64,000 bases of DNA, taken from NCBI RefSeq assembly GCF_009914755.1, contig NC_060925.1; one strand, 5' to 3'. The notes beneath the pieces are model-generated. The model ran no database searches. It was not told the DNA's origin and saw only the letters and a list, made by a program, of their open reading frames with translations. Source of the DNA: the human T2T-CHM13v2.0 reference genome, Homo sapiens. Of this stretch, positions 1-12,930 are shown piece after piece. Position 1 is the first letter of the stretch. The number at the start of each line of letters is the position of its first letter. The position numbers and the translations under genes are program-made.

Positions 1-1123
1 AGGAAGACAGAAAGAGAAAGAAAAAGAAGAAAAAAAAAAAAGAAAGCAAGGAAGCTACACACTTATACCATGGTACATCATATTCAAATTGATCAAAAAC
101 AGTGATAAAGTAAAAATCTTAAAAGACAGAGAAAAAACACCCATTATGTAAGGAGCAAAGGTGATGATACAAATTTCTCATCAGAAACAATGCAAACTAG
201 AAGAGTGGAAGAGAATAAAGTAGTTTTTTAAAAAAAGTTAAACTAGAATTTTATGTCTAGTGAAATGTCTTTCGAAAACTAAGGCAAAATAAAGACTTTT
301 CCTACAGATGAAAGCTGAAAGAATTAATCAGCAGCAGACCTACACTGTAAGAAATACTAAAAAAGAAAAAAAAAAAAAAAGCCCATCAGGTAGAATGAAA
401 ATGATGCCTGGTGGAAATATGAATCTACACAAAGAAGTGAAGAACTCAGGAAATTTTATCTACATGTGTAAATATATATTTTTATTTAAATCTGTTTAAA
501 AGTTAACTTACTATTTTAGCAAAAATGATAACATTGCAGTGTGGATTTTAAGACATACGTATAAATGAAAGGTATGAAACAATAGCATAAAGGCCAGGAG
601 AGAAAAAGCAGAGGTGTATATTTATAAGGTTCTTATAGTACATGTGGTATGATACTACCTGAAGATAGACTATGATAAGTTAAAAATACATACCAAACCC
701 TAGAGCAATTACTAAAATAACAAAACAAAGAATATAGCTAATAAGTTTATAAAGGAAATAGATACAGTCATTAGAAAAAGGAAAGAGGAAAAAGATATAC
801 CAAGGCTAATATTTAGCAAAAGAAAGTTACAGTGGCTATATTAATATCAGATAAAGTAGATTTCAGACCAAAATTAGGGGGAAGAAAAAGATCATTTCAT
901 TATGATAAATGAGTCTAAGAATCAAGAAGACATACAAACACAAACATTTATTCACCTGTTATTATTATAACAGAGTTTCAAGATACATGAAACAAAACTG
1001 AGATAACTGCAAGGATTAATGAACAAATCTACAGTTATAATAGGATATTTCTCATCTCTCAATAAATAATAGTACAAGGAGTCAGAAAATGAGTAAGGCT
1101 ATAGAGGACTTAAAAACCTAATC

Positions 1124-1378
<255 letters not shown>

Positions 1379-2002
1379 TTAAAGGGAAACTATATTATGA
1401 GACATTTAAGAAGTCTTAATAAATTTAAAAGGATTTAAATTATACAAATTAAATTTTGATGACATGGAACTAAAAATAGGAACCAATAAGAGAAAGTTCT
1501 CCAGAAAAGCTCCAAAATATTTGGAAACCAAATAACAAAATCTCAAATAATCCATGAATCAAAAAATCAAGAGGAAATAAAAAGGAATTTTGAATTGAAT
1601 GAAAATAAAGACACAGTATATCAAAATTCATGGGATGCTGCTACAGTGATAGTTAGGGAAAATTTTATTGTATTAAGCACTTATTTAGAAAGGAAGAAAA
1701 GTTTTAAATTAATGAACTCAGTTTCCACCCTAAGAAACTAGGAAAAGAAAAGCAAATGAAATCCAAAGAAAGCGGAAGAAATACAACAGTAAAGATTAGA
1801 ACAGAAATCAATAAAATAGAAAGCCAATAAACAATAGAAAAGTTCAACAAAACCAAAAACTTTTTGGAGAAAAATTAATAAAACTGATAAACCTCTAATG
1901 ACAGTGACAAAAAAAATTTTAAAGAGAGAAGACACAAATTACCAATATCAGTAGAGAAGCGAAATCACTACAAAGTCTACAGATATTAAAAGAATGATAA
2001 GT

Positions 2003-2621
2003 ATATGAGAGGTCTCCATGCCACCCTCAGGTTTGATGATTTGCCAGAAAGACTCATAGAACTGAGAAAAGCAGTCGTACTCACAGTTACAGTTTATCAC
2101 AATGAAAGGATTCAGATTAAAATCAGCAAAATTAAAAGACACGTAGGGAAGAGTCCAGGAGAAATCAGGTGTGAGCTTACAGCTGTCCTTTCCTAGTATA
2201 TTTGTGTGGACAGCACTTAATTCTCCCAGCAATTATGTGTGACAATGCATACAAAGTATTGATTGCTAACCAGGAAGCTCACTTTGACGTGTAGGATTCT
2301 TATTGGGGGTCAATCACATAGGCAGAGAGCACTCATACAACTAACTTTAGCTACCCAATCTCCAGCCCCTCCAGGCATCAAACTGATACAGCATGGCGCA
2401 GGAAGACAAACAAACAAAAACAGCCATTTACTGAATCACGTTGTTAGCATAAACTATCTGGTAAGGCCAAAAGCCCCATGTACATAAAGATGATCTTATT
2501 AGGTGGGATATTCTAAAAGCTTGGAGCTTATCTCCTAGGAGCCAGTCAAAGGCTAGTCTTTTCTTGGGCAAGTGCAGGGTTTGAGCATCCCAAGTCCACT
2601 AAGTTAACTCTTTACTGAGCA
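2003..2621 (-). mobile_element. Solo LTR, MER21/MER77-like, inserted in the L1
   Basis: Non-L1 block (ccaccctcaggtttgatgattt...atcagcaaa) interrupting collinear L1 ORF2. Family assigned from recalled consensus. Confidence 0.55.
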
Positions 2622-3568
2622 ATAAAAGAGTATTATAAACAACTTTATGCCAATACATTGAAAAACTTGGATAAAATGGACAAATATCTTGAGAGAAAAA
2701 ACACCAAAGTCACTCAAGAAGATTATGTGAATAGCCCTGTATCTATTAAAGTTATTAAATTTGAAGTTAAAAACTTTCCCACAAAGGAAACTCCAAATGA
2801 CTTCACTGGTAAATTCTATCAAGTATATAATGAATATCAGTAGCACAGTCAGCCAAAAAATTTGAGAGACTATTTCTCAACTCATTGTGTCAGAATATTA
2901 CCCTGATCCCAAATCAGACAAAGACATTACAAGAAACAGAACTACAGACAGATATCCCTCATGAACATATGTAAAATTTCTAAATAAAATATATTAACAA
3001 TTAAACCCAACATATAAAAAGGATAATATATCATACCTAAATGGAGTTTATCCCAGAAATACAAGATTAGTGTAACACTGGCCACTCAATGCAATTGACT
3101 ATATTAACAATATGAAAGAGAAAAATCATATGATCATCTCAATAGACTCAGAAAAAGCATGCATCAAAATCCACTATCCATTCTGAGAAAGGTTCTCGGA
3201 AAACTAGAAACAGAAAGGAATTTCATAAGCTGTTAAAGGGCATTAATGAAAAACCTAAAGTTAACATCATGCTTAATGGTGAAAGGCTTTATGTTTTTCC
3301 CTTGTGATCAGAATCAAGTCAGGGTATACAATCTCGCTTTTTCTATTCAACATTGTACTGGTGGGTCTAGCCAGTGCAATAAGGCAAAAAAGGAAATAAA
3401 AAGCAACTAGATTAGAAAAAAAAAGATGTAAAACTGTTTATTTGCAGACATGATTGTCTTTGTAGACAATCCAATGAAATCTACCAAAAAATGCGATTAC
3501 AACTAATATATTTGTTTATTGTGGTCAGAGGATACAAGATCAACAATGAGTCCATTTTATTTCTATAT

Positions 3569-3926
3569 TGTCTTAGCTCATTTGGCTACTATAAAAAAAA
3601 CCTTAGACTAGATAATTTACAAACAACAGAAATTTATTGTTCAGTTCTAGAGGCTGGGGAGTCCAAGACCAAGGTGTTGGCAGATTTGGTGTCTGGTAAC
3701 GGCTTGCTCTCTGCTTCATAGATGGAATCTTGTTGCTCCATATTCACATGGAAGAGGCAATCCGACTCCCTCAAGCTTCTTTTATAAGGACACTAATCCC
3801 ATACATGAGGGCCCTGACCTTGTGATCAAATTACCTCCTAAAGGCCCCACCTCTTAATACTGTCACATGAAGATTAAGTTCCAGAATATGAATTTTGTGA
3901 GGTATACCAAAATTAAGACTGTAGCA
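3569..3926 (-). mobile_element. MaLR solo LTR (MLT1A-like)
   Basis: tgtcttag...aacagaaatttattgttcagttctagaggctggggagtccaagaccaaggtg...gactgtagca; TG..CA ends. Confidence 0.75.
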
Positions 3927-4025
3927 GGTATAAATAACAAACTAATTAAAAATTGAAATTAAAAATAACGCTACTTATAATAGCATCGTATTTTAAAGTA
4001 AATCTGACAGGTGTGCAAGACTTAC

Positions 4026-4600
4026 TGTTTTGAGAGCCCAGAGCTAAACTGGGGTTGTAGTACCACAGCAACCCTGACCTTACAGGAAATGAAGGGGAAC
4101 TAGATATGGGTGTTTACAGAGTGCCTTTCATGGGATACTTCTTTTACCTGGTAGACATCCTAGTTGTCTGACCCACAACCAGGGGGTCCCTCACAGGGTG
4201 ATCTCTTTTATACTGGCAGACACCCTTGTGGCTCTTGTCTGACCCACATCCACTCAATGCCTTTCTGACCACTGCTCTGGCACTGGGAGTCCAACCTGTG
4301 TTTCTCCAGGGCAAAACTTGGTCTGGGGTAGCCCCATGTTGTCCAGATGGAAGGCACAAATTCAATACACAACCACAATAGGAAATAAGTTCAAAGATTT
4401 TTACTTACAGATCCTGAGTAAGGAAGGCATAAGGGTTAGAAAGGCAGTCCTATATCCCCAAGTCGTAGGTAGAAATGAAGAGTCAGGCAAAGGAGCAGGG
4501 ACAGGAAAGGAAGAGAGGCAACTGGCAGTATAAAAAAGGGAATTGGATGGGTCACTTTACATTCGAGGATAAATGCTGGTAAAGCAAGGAGCTCAGTCTG
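4026..4600 (-). mobile_element. ERV1-class LTR (MER67/MER31-like)
   Basis: Begins tgttttgagagccc (LTR 3' end reversed); contains cacccttgtggctcttgtctgacc and aaattcaatacacaaccacaataggaaataagttcaaag blocks typical of this group as recalled. Confidence 0.55.
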
Positions 4601-5339
4601 TAGACAGAAGAGATGAGAACTTTTAATTAGTGCTGTAAAAAGTTATAAAAAACATAGAAGTGGGCGGGTGCTACTTAGATAGGGTGGTCATAGAACGTCT
4701 ATGTGAATATTTAAGGCCAAAGCGTAAAGAAGCAGGAAGAACCAGCCAGACAAGGGAAAGATAATAATTAAAGGACAGCATTTGGGAAAGCTCTGGGTAG
4801 GTAGTAGAGGATAGTAGAAAAGAGAGTCTGGTGTATTCCAAAACCCCAACGAATGCCAATTTTGGCTGGATTATAGTGAGTGCAGAGTAAAGGGAAAGAC
4901 AGCCTAATGATCACATAAGAGAGGTAGACAGGGGTGAGATCATGTAGGAACATGCAGGAACTGGGATTTTATTCAAAGTGTGCTGGGAAAGCATTTTACT
5001 GTTTTGACCAGGCTACAGACACAATTAGTCTTCATTTTTATATTCTAGGCGCTCTGATGGAGAATCAACCAGAGATATTGTCTAAATTGTCATAGGTGGT
5101 CCCCTTCTATAAACACATAAAGATGCTAAATACTGTATAACATGTTCTTATTTATGTAAACAAAAAATATATATCACAGAGCCTAAAAGAAAGCAAAGAA
5201 GATGTTGAAAGGGGGGGCCTCTACCTAGATATAGGTCCTGGGGATTGGGATTCCTACACATAATTTGAAGACAAGATTGCTGAAATAAAGCTGAGTCTAG
5301 AAAAGACAGACCATATGATCACAGAGGGTTAGAAAAACT

Positions 5340-5646
5340 CCAGGCACAGTGGCTCATGCCTGTGATCCCAGCAAGTGGGAGGCCCAGTTGGGCAGACCGC
5401 TTGAGCTCAGGAGTTGGAGAGCAGCCTGAGCAACATGGCAAACCTCGTCTCCACAAAAAAATATAAAAATTATCCATGCATGGTAGTGGGCACCTATAGC
5501 CCCAGCTACTCTGGAGACAAAGACATGGAAGGATCGCTTGAGTCCTGGAGACAGAGGTTGCAGTGAGCTAAGATCATGCCACTGCACTCCAGCCTACGTG
5601 ACAGGGTGAGACCCTGTCTTTAAAAAAAAAACAAAAACACAAAAAC
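5340..5646 (+). mobile_element. Alu (AluJ-like)
   Basis: Diverged dimeric Alu with gcttgagctcaggagtt and accctgtct; A-tail; aaaaact flanking both ends. Confidence 0.9.
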
Positions 5647-7161
5647 TTAAGACTGTTGCTTTGGAAAAGCAGTAAGGAGGCTTGCTATCTGTGAGTAATA
5701 TTATTATGTTTTTTGTTTACATAAAAACATATAACATGTTTTTATTTACATAATCAAAAAATACATCATAGAACTTAAAAGAAAGCTAAAGAGATATAGA
5801 AAGGGGGATTCTATGTAAATATAGATCCTAGGGATTGGGATTCCTTCACATATTTGAAGACAAGATTGTTGAAATAAAGTTGTGTATAATTTGTATACAT
5901 ATAAAGGCAATTAAAAAATACTGAGACCTGAGTCCTATATCATATATGGGGGTGGGACCCAAGAACCAAATTTACAGTAGAAGCTGAAAAAATTACCTTA
6001 AATCTGGATTAAAACAACTGAAACTTTAGGACCAATAAAACCAATCTGTAGAGACACTTTCTTAACTCAAGGAAGAGAAGACTTCTGCAGAACAAAGAAC
6101 TTTGAAGATAAATTCCCACTTAAATATTACACAACATTTGAAGAAACTAGCCACCATGAGGGAGAGCCAACAGAAACAACAAACAGGAGATTTAGAACCT
6201 AGCAAACTGGAAATTATAACTTTTATACAGACGGATTTTATTATCTTTTACCACGTGTCACTTTCGCTTTGGTTCTCATTAAGGGCCAATGCAAAACCTT
6301 TTAAAATATCCTAATTTACATCTTTATTAAGATTACGGATAATTTTTGAAATTCCCCCAGAGTGAACTAAAGAACATTTATGTATAAAATTCAACATGGG
6401 GCACACAAGGTGGTTTACTGTTATTAGATGAACTAGATGGCGGTTGCCTGCAACTAGGAAACTGAATTAACTACCAGATTGCCACTGATCCCCATCTACT
6501 ACTTTGGAGCTAGATAATCTATAACTTGAATATACGTAGTCTATATTCAGTCTATATTCAGAAACTGGTGGTAACTGTCTCCTCCAGGCATTTTGATTGT
6601 TTAATATTATAAAAAATGAGTACATATTTAAAATGACGCATCTGCAGCATCCCCAAATTTCAGAAACCACTTTAAGTTTTAAAAGCTCGGATTTACATGG
6701 GAAATTCCAAACATCCTTCACTTTTTATCACTTACTAAATCTGAAGTACTCATTTCAACTTTTCTTGACGTGTTTTATTTTGTACTTTACTCCTTTCTTT
6801 CATTTTGTTTAAAAATATCAACACACTAAAGCCAAAGTATTTTAAAATGTAAGCCAAGATGAGGTGTTTTGTTGTTCTTACTGCAAAAATAGTGAAAGAG
6901 AACCATGAAAAATAGTATAACTAGGTCTCTCTTGAATCATCCTTATCTATGTGTATTTTGACAACGCTTGCATCTTTTAATCTTTGCAACCATATTTCAA
7001 ATGAGGAAATGGGATCTCAGGTTAGTGTTCAAGGCAGAACCCGAATTACGGTATTAGGATTCCAGGCAGGATCCTAAGAAATGCTTTCCCATCCCCCAGC
7101 ACCGACGTTTTACAATGTCTTCTCTGAAAAACAGATTTAAAGGGGAGACTTAAGAAATCCC

Positions 7162-7479
<318 letters not shown>

Positions 7480-7539
7480 AAGAAATCCCTTAGGAGGAAA
7501 GTTACATATTATAATTATTCACAAAGGAAACAACCCAAA

Positions 7540-8640
7540 GCAAAAGAAATCTGAGAGCCGCTCCGGCCTGCGAGAGACCTGGTTATGCCTGTTCCCTTTT
7601 CATCAATTATACCCCACCCCTTTTAAATGTTTCTTCATCATCAAAATCCTAAATCTGATCATTTCCTGAGTTAATCTGAAGGACGCCTCCAGCGCTGTGC
7701 ACACTCCCAGCAAAACACAAGGATTTTAGGGCACACTAAGAGCCACAGAGAGCACCGCTCCCGCCCCACAGGTACAGGACCCCAAAGGCACTTAGATCTC
7801 CCGTTTCCGCCACCGACTTGTTGCTCCTTCCCAAATACCTGTTTATCTCCACCCTTATCCCCATCGCCATTTCCCCCCTTAGCTCCTGAAGCGATTAACC
7901 AGCAACAGTGAGAAACAATGAGAGAGAGAGAGAGTAGAGGTAAGCCAGAGGAAACGAATGTCTGCGTGGCAAGGTTTCCTTAGGCAGTTTGTCAGGCACT
8001 GCTGAAGGCAGCCTGGAAGGAAGCCGGACCCTGAGGCCGGGGAGAGAGGGCCTTGTGTTTGGAGCCCGATGCACTGATTGGCCGCGGCCGGGGAAAAACC
8101 CGGATGAGCTGGGCAGCAGTGTTGGCAGTCGCGGCTGCGAGATTTGGGCACTTTTGGGGGTGCCGGTGGCCCGGGCCGATGGCGCAAGGTTGGGCAGGCT
8201 TCTCTGAGGAGGAACTGAGGAGACTAAAGCAGACTAAAGGTTACAAGATGGGTTTACAGTGGTTTAATTTTTGGGTCTTAAGGGGAAGAGGCGGGGATGC
8301 AGCTTTGGCGGGGAAAGGGGGCGTGGAAGCGGCTACGTTTGTGTTAGCGGAAGGCGCTGTAAGTACGTGGACTGGATTAGGGGGTTTCAGAGGAGGACTT
8401 ACTGGGAGTCACGACGGGAGGGGCAAGCCAGAGGACTGGGATCTTCTTTTAGAAAAAACGGTCCAGGAATCCACTGTAGGGATTTGACTCTTGTGAAAGG
8501 AATGGGACTTGGGAGAGGAAGTGAGCCTACAGCCGGGGTGTCTCCCTTAGGGAAGATTGGTGCAGGAATCAACGGTTGGAAGGTTAGGGTCAGGGTAAGG
8601 GAAGGAGGAGGGGCGCACACCGTATTAGAATTGTGATGAA
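7540..8640. promoter_or_regulatory. GC/CpG-rich GORAB promoter region, probably bidirectional
   Basis: Sharp rise in GC and CpG relative to the flanks. GC box CCGCCCC at 7761; inverted CCAAT box CTGATTGGC at 8074-8082 just upstream of ATG 8104; no TATA box. Confidence 0.8.
8104..8239 (+). CDS. GORAB: GORAB coding exon 1 (upstream ATG 8104; in-frame ATG 8179 gives MAQGWAGFSEEELRRLKQTK)
   Basis: Translates MSWAAVLAVAAARFGHFWGCRWPGPMAQGWAGFSEEELRRLKQTK, recognised as the GORAB N-terminus. Ends in phase 1 at AAG|gttaca; G+AT of exon 2 gives Asp (KDPFEPQRR). Confidence 0.95.
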
Positions 8641-10232
8641 TTTATAGAAGCAGATGGTTGGAAAAAAGGAGCACAGGCGTCTGAATAAAGGCAAAAATTC
8701 GGTACTTTTCACAATTCATCTGGAGTGTTGCATTCACTTCTGGTTGCCAGATGATTTTTGCAGTACTTCCCAATTTTTGAGAATCAGCAAACCAAAAGGG
8801 TCTTTGAGAGGGTAGATGTGAAGACTTTATATGTTTATATACATACAGTCTTACTGACTTTGGAGTAAGCTAACCTTGTGCTTCTCTCTCTGGCTTTATA
8901 GAGTAATCATTGAATGGGCTTGTACAATTTTTTTGTTGTTGTGGAAGGAATTAAGTTTGCTGATTGTTGGTGGAAAACTTAGTAATATTAATTGCACTTT
9001 GCTTGTGGTTGAAATTTCGCAGTGATCTGTATGGTTATCGTGGTAGTACACACAATTTCTGTAAGAAGTGTACATCACTCTTGGTACCTTAATTCAAATA
9101 CTTTATTTTGGTAGCAAATGAAGTAAACCTTTTATTAGCGTTTGTGGGGAAATTGGATGTTGCTCTGGTAGCTTGTGCATTTTTAGCATAAATATGAGAA
9201 TAATCTAGGGCAGACAAGTGGGAAAAGAAGTAAATTAGTAAGATAGGGCCAATGTAGATTATATCGACTGGGGACATTTTGACTGGTCCAGGGGACTTTA
9301 AAAACTCTATCATAAAGGTTAGGCTAAGCTGTGTAGTTAACTGACTCTGTGTTGCTTGATATACTCAAATTCTTTTGCTTTGTGTTTTCAACATCCATTC
9401 ACATACTTTGATATACAGGGTACAAGTGCCCTGGCCTCTGGTCTGACTCCAGTAGACTCATGAGGAGACAAACCACAAAGTTATGTGATAGTAGATATTG
9501 CAAGAACTTGCTTCAGAGACAAGAGGAACCTCACTCTGCCGGGGATTGGATGGAGCTTGGGAAGATTTCACAAAGTTTGTGTGTTAGCAGAGGCGCATTT
9601 TCCAGGGTAAAGATGACTTAATATAAAAATCTAAATTAAACAACATATTCATTATGTAGAAGTATATTTTGAAATATCTTTGCAACCGGGGGTAGATAGA
9701 GGATGGTGAGGACCTGAACTTCAAGGCCCACTGTAGTGTGGAAACCAAATCGCTAGTCCGTGACCACCTCGAGGACGGAAAATATCTTAACCTCCTTGTA
9801 TACCCGTAGCTAAACACAGTGATTGGCATATAGAACTTCCAGCTCTTCCTCTAAATCTTTTCTCCTTGGATTCCTTATTTGTAAAATTAGAGGATTTGGC
9901 CCTTTAATTTTAAAGCCATTTCTAGCTGTTCTCTATCTTTAAAAATTTATTGAATAATTTAGGAAGATGGAGTTGGTTGCCAGGAAAAATAAGGACAGTA
10001 GTACTCTGGAGACCCCTGTATGGGCATTGAGGAACATAGTCAAGAAAGTTGTTAATAGTCTTGTTTATAATATTAAGAAGTTGGAAACAACCAAAGTGTC
10101 CATTAACAAGGGAATGGATAAATAAATTGTGGTATACTCATCTAGCGGGCTACTGTACAGCTGGTGGGAATATATTAGTATTAACTGTAGCCACATGCAT
10201 TAAAATGTTTGTTAATACAGTATATGTAGTTA

Positions 10233-10462
10233 CACTTGGCCCTTGAACAACACAAGTTTGAACTGTGATGGTTCACTTATACACAAATGTGCATTTAAAA
10301 AATACAGTATTTGGGGGATGCAAAACCTGAGTATATGGAGGGCCAACTTTTGGTGTATGTGGTCTTCACAGCGCCAACTGTGGGACTTGAGTATGCACAG
10401 ATTTTGGTATACATGGGGATCCTGGAACCAATTATCCTCATATACCAAGGATCAGCTAGCTG
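10233..10462. mobile_element. Tigger2/MER2-type DNA transposon fossil
   Basis: TA-flanked; ggcccttgaacaacacaagtttgaactg... and gattttggtatac...cctggaaccaat termini. Confidence 0.65.
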
Positions 10463-10477
10463 TATATATAATATATA

Positions 10478-10808
10478 CAGTCACGCACTCAATAACAGTA
10501 TTTCAGTTAGCAGCGGACCACATATATGGTGATGGTCTGGTAATATTATAATACCCTGTTTTTACTATGCTTTTTCTATGTTTAGATACACAAATACCGT
10601 TGTTACAGTTGCCTACAGTCTTCAGTATAGTGACATACTGTACAGGTTTGGAGCTTAGGAGCAAAAGGCTGTACCATATAGCCTAAGTATATAGTAGGCT
10701 GTACCATCTAGGTTTGTGTAAATACACTCTCTGATGTTTGCGCAAGGACAAAATTGCCTTACAACACATTTCTTAGAATGTATCCCTTTGTTAAGTGACG
10801 TATGATTG
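10478..10808. mobile_element. Tigger3a-type DNA transposon fossil
   Basis: TA|cagtcacgcactcaataac...gttaagtgacgtatgattg|TA terminal inverted repeats; ccatatagcctaagtatatagtaggctgtaccatctaggtttgtgtaa core. Confidence 0.7.
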
Positions 10809-11502
10809 TATATAGTGGGGAGGCGTGGGAATGTGATCAGGGAGAGGGAATTTCAGAGGTATTGGTATTTATGAAATCAGGTTAAGACAAGTTAAGCTAA
10901 AGTAACAAATAGCCCTAATAAGTCAATTGTTTAAAATAAAGATTTGGTTTTCACTCGTTTCATGTTTAATGTGGGTTTGGCAGGTGACTGTGTTGCACAG
11001 TCACTCCGTTTTTTGGTGCTGTCTTGTAGGAGTTTACCATAGTAGGAAGAAAAGAAGATTGAAAATTGAACATTGGCAATTAAATCCTTTCACCAGTAAA
11101 TGACATGTGACACTCCTACTTTTATTTACCAAAAGCAAGTCATATAACTTGGGAGACAGGAAATAAATTCTCTCTTCTAAAAGGAGGATTATGTCTATCC
11201 TTAAAGAGTAGTTACTTCTACTACTGTCATATTTTATTTCTTAAACTTTCTTTTTAATCATATAGGTTGGAAGACTGAGTGTGTGTGTTTATGAGTGTAA
11301 CACATGCATATATTTGATGTATGGTCTATTTCATAATGAAAAATTGGAAGAAAACAGTACAGCCACATGCTGTCAATTTTTAGTTAAATTATTTATTCAG
11401 AAGAGTTATTCTTCATACTGATTCTTTGCCAGTTACATTATGAATATCTTCTCCCAGTTTTTAAGTTATCTTTTCACTTTTATCTTTTTGATGAACAAAG
11501 TA

Positions 11503-11809
11503 TTTTATTTTTTGAGACTGGCTTTCACTCTGTTGCCCAGGCTGAAGTGCAGTAGCACGATCATAGTTCACTATAACCTTGAACTCCTGGGCTCAAGCGA
11601 TCCTCCTGCCTCAGACTTCCAAGTAGCTGGGATTACAGCTGTGTGCCATTACACCATGCTAGTTTTCTTCCTTTCTTTCTTCTTTTTTTTTCTGTAGGGA
11701 TAGGATCTTGCTATTTTGCCTAGGTTGGTCTCAAACTCCTGGGTTCAAGAAATTCTTCCTCAGCCTCCCAAAGTGCTGAGATTACAGGCATGAGCCACCA
11801 CTCCAGGCC
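11503..11809 (-). mobile_element. Alu (AluJ-like), antisense in intron 1
   Basis: T-tract then gagactggctttcactctgttgcccaggctg...gagccaccactccaggcc. Confidence 0.9.
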
Positions 11810-12269
11810 TTAATTTTAATGTATTCAAATATGTCAACCTTTTTTTAATAGCCAACATTTCCATGTCTTAAGAAATTAGTTTCTTACTATACTTAGTATA
11901 GTAGTTACAGGTGTGAGCCACTGCACCCAGCCAGTATTCTTGACCTTCTATCTTTTCATATAAAAATTTTAATAATTTTACCAAATTTAATGGAAAACCC
12001 AGTAGGAATTTTGATTGTAATTGCATTGAATCTTTAGATCAATTTCATCTTCATATTATTAACATTGCCACTAACGTGGTATATGTCTCCGTTTATTTAG
12101 TACTTGTTTAAATTCTCAATAAAATTTTAGAGTTTTCCCTATAGAGGTACTAAACATCTTTTTGTTAGATTTGTTCCTAGATAAGTAATAATTTCTGGTA
12201 TTGAAATATATTCTCTTTAATTGTATTTTCTAATTGTTTTCTGCTGATATATAAAAAATACAAGACAAA

Positions 12270-12930
12270 AGAAAAGTCAACAAAAGACATGAATAGATAT
12301 TTCCTAGAAAAGGAAATATGAAGAGATGCTCATCACCACCAAGGAGCAGAGAATTACAAATCAAGAATACAGTGAGGTACTATTTTACACCCATTTGATT
12401 GACAAAAATTAAAACATCTGACAGTATCGTATATTGAAGAGAAAGTGCATCCACAGGATCTTATACATTACTAGAGGGAGCACACTTTGGAAAGCATTTT
12501 CACATTTCTTCTAAAGTTATATTTTGTGACTCAGTAGTTCTTAGATAATATCCAAAGCAAATTCTTGTACATGTAAAATAAGAGACACATTATTGAAATT
12601 TACAAAAGCAAAAACCTGTAACCAACCTAAATGTCTATCAGTGGAAGAAGATCAATAGACTCTGGTTTATTCACACAATGAAATGTTATACAACAAAATG
12701 AATGACTGCTGAAACATAGACAATATGAATGACTATTGACAGTGTAATATTAAGTAAAACAGATGTACAGCACAAAACCCTTTTTATAAAGTCAAACAAC
12801 TAAGTAAATACTTTTTAGAAATATTTGTAGATGCAATATGACTATTAGAGAAGGAAGAGAATAATCAACATATGATTCAAATGATAGTTTTCTGAGGTGG
12901 AGGGAGCAGGGCTTAAATAAAGGATATGGA
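12270..12930 (+). mobile_element. Old L1 (L1ME-like) 3' fragment
   Basis: aaagacatgaatagatatttc...tacagtgaggtactattttacaccc...aaccaacctaaatgtctatca blocks of the L1 ORF2 3' end/UTR. Confidence 0.6.

Noticed and set aside
8053-8487. 144-aa ORF as a single-exon gene
   Set aside because: It is GORAB exon 1 plus intron read-through, started at a non-ATG codon; the GORAB protein continues in exon 2.
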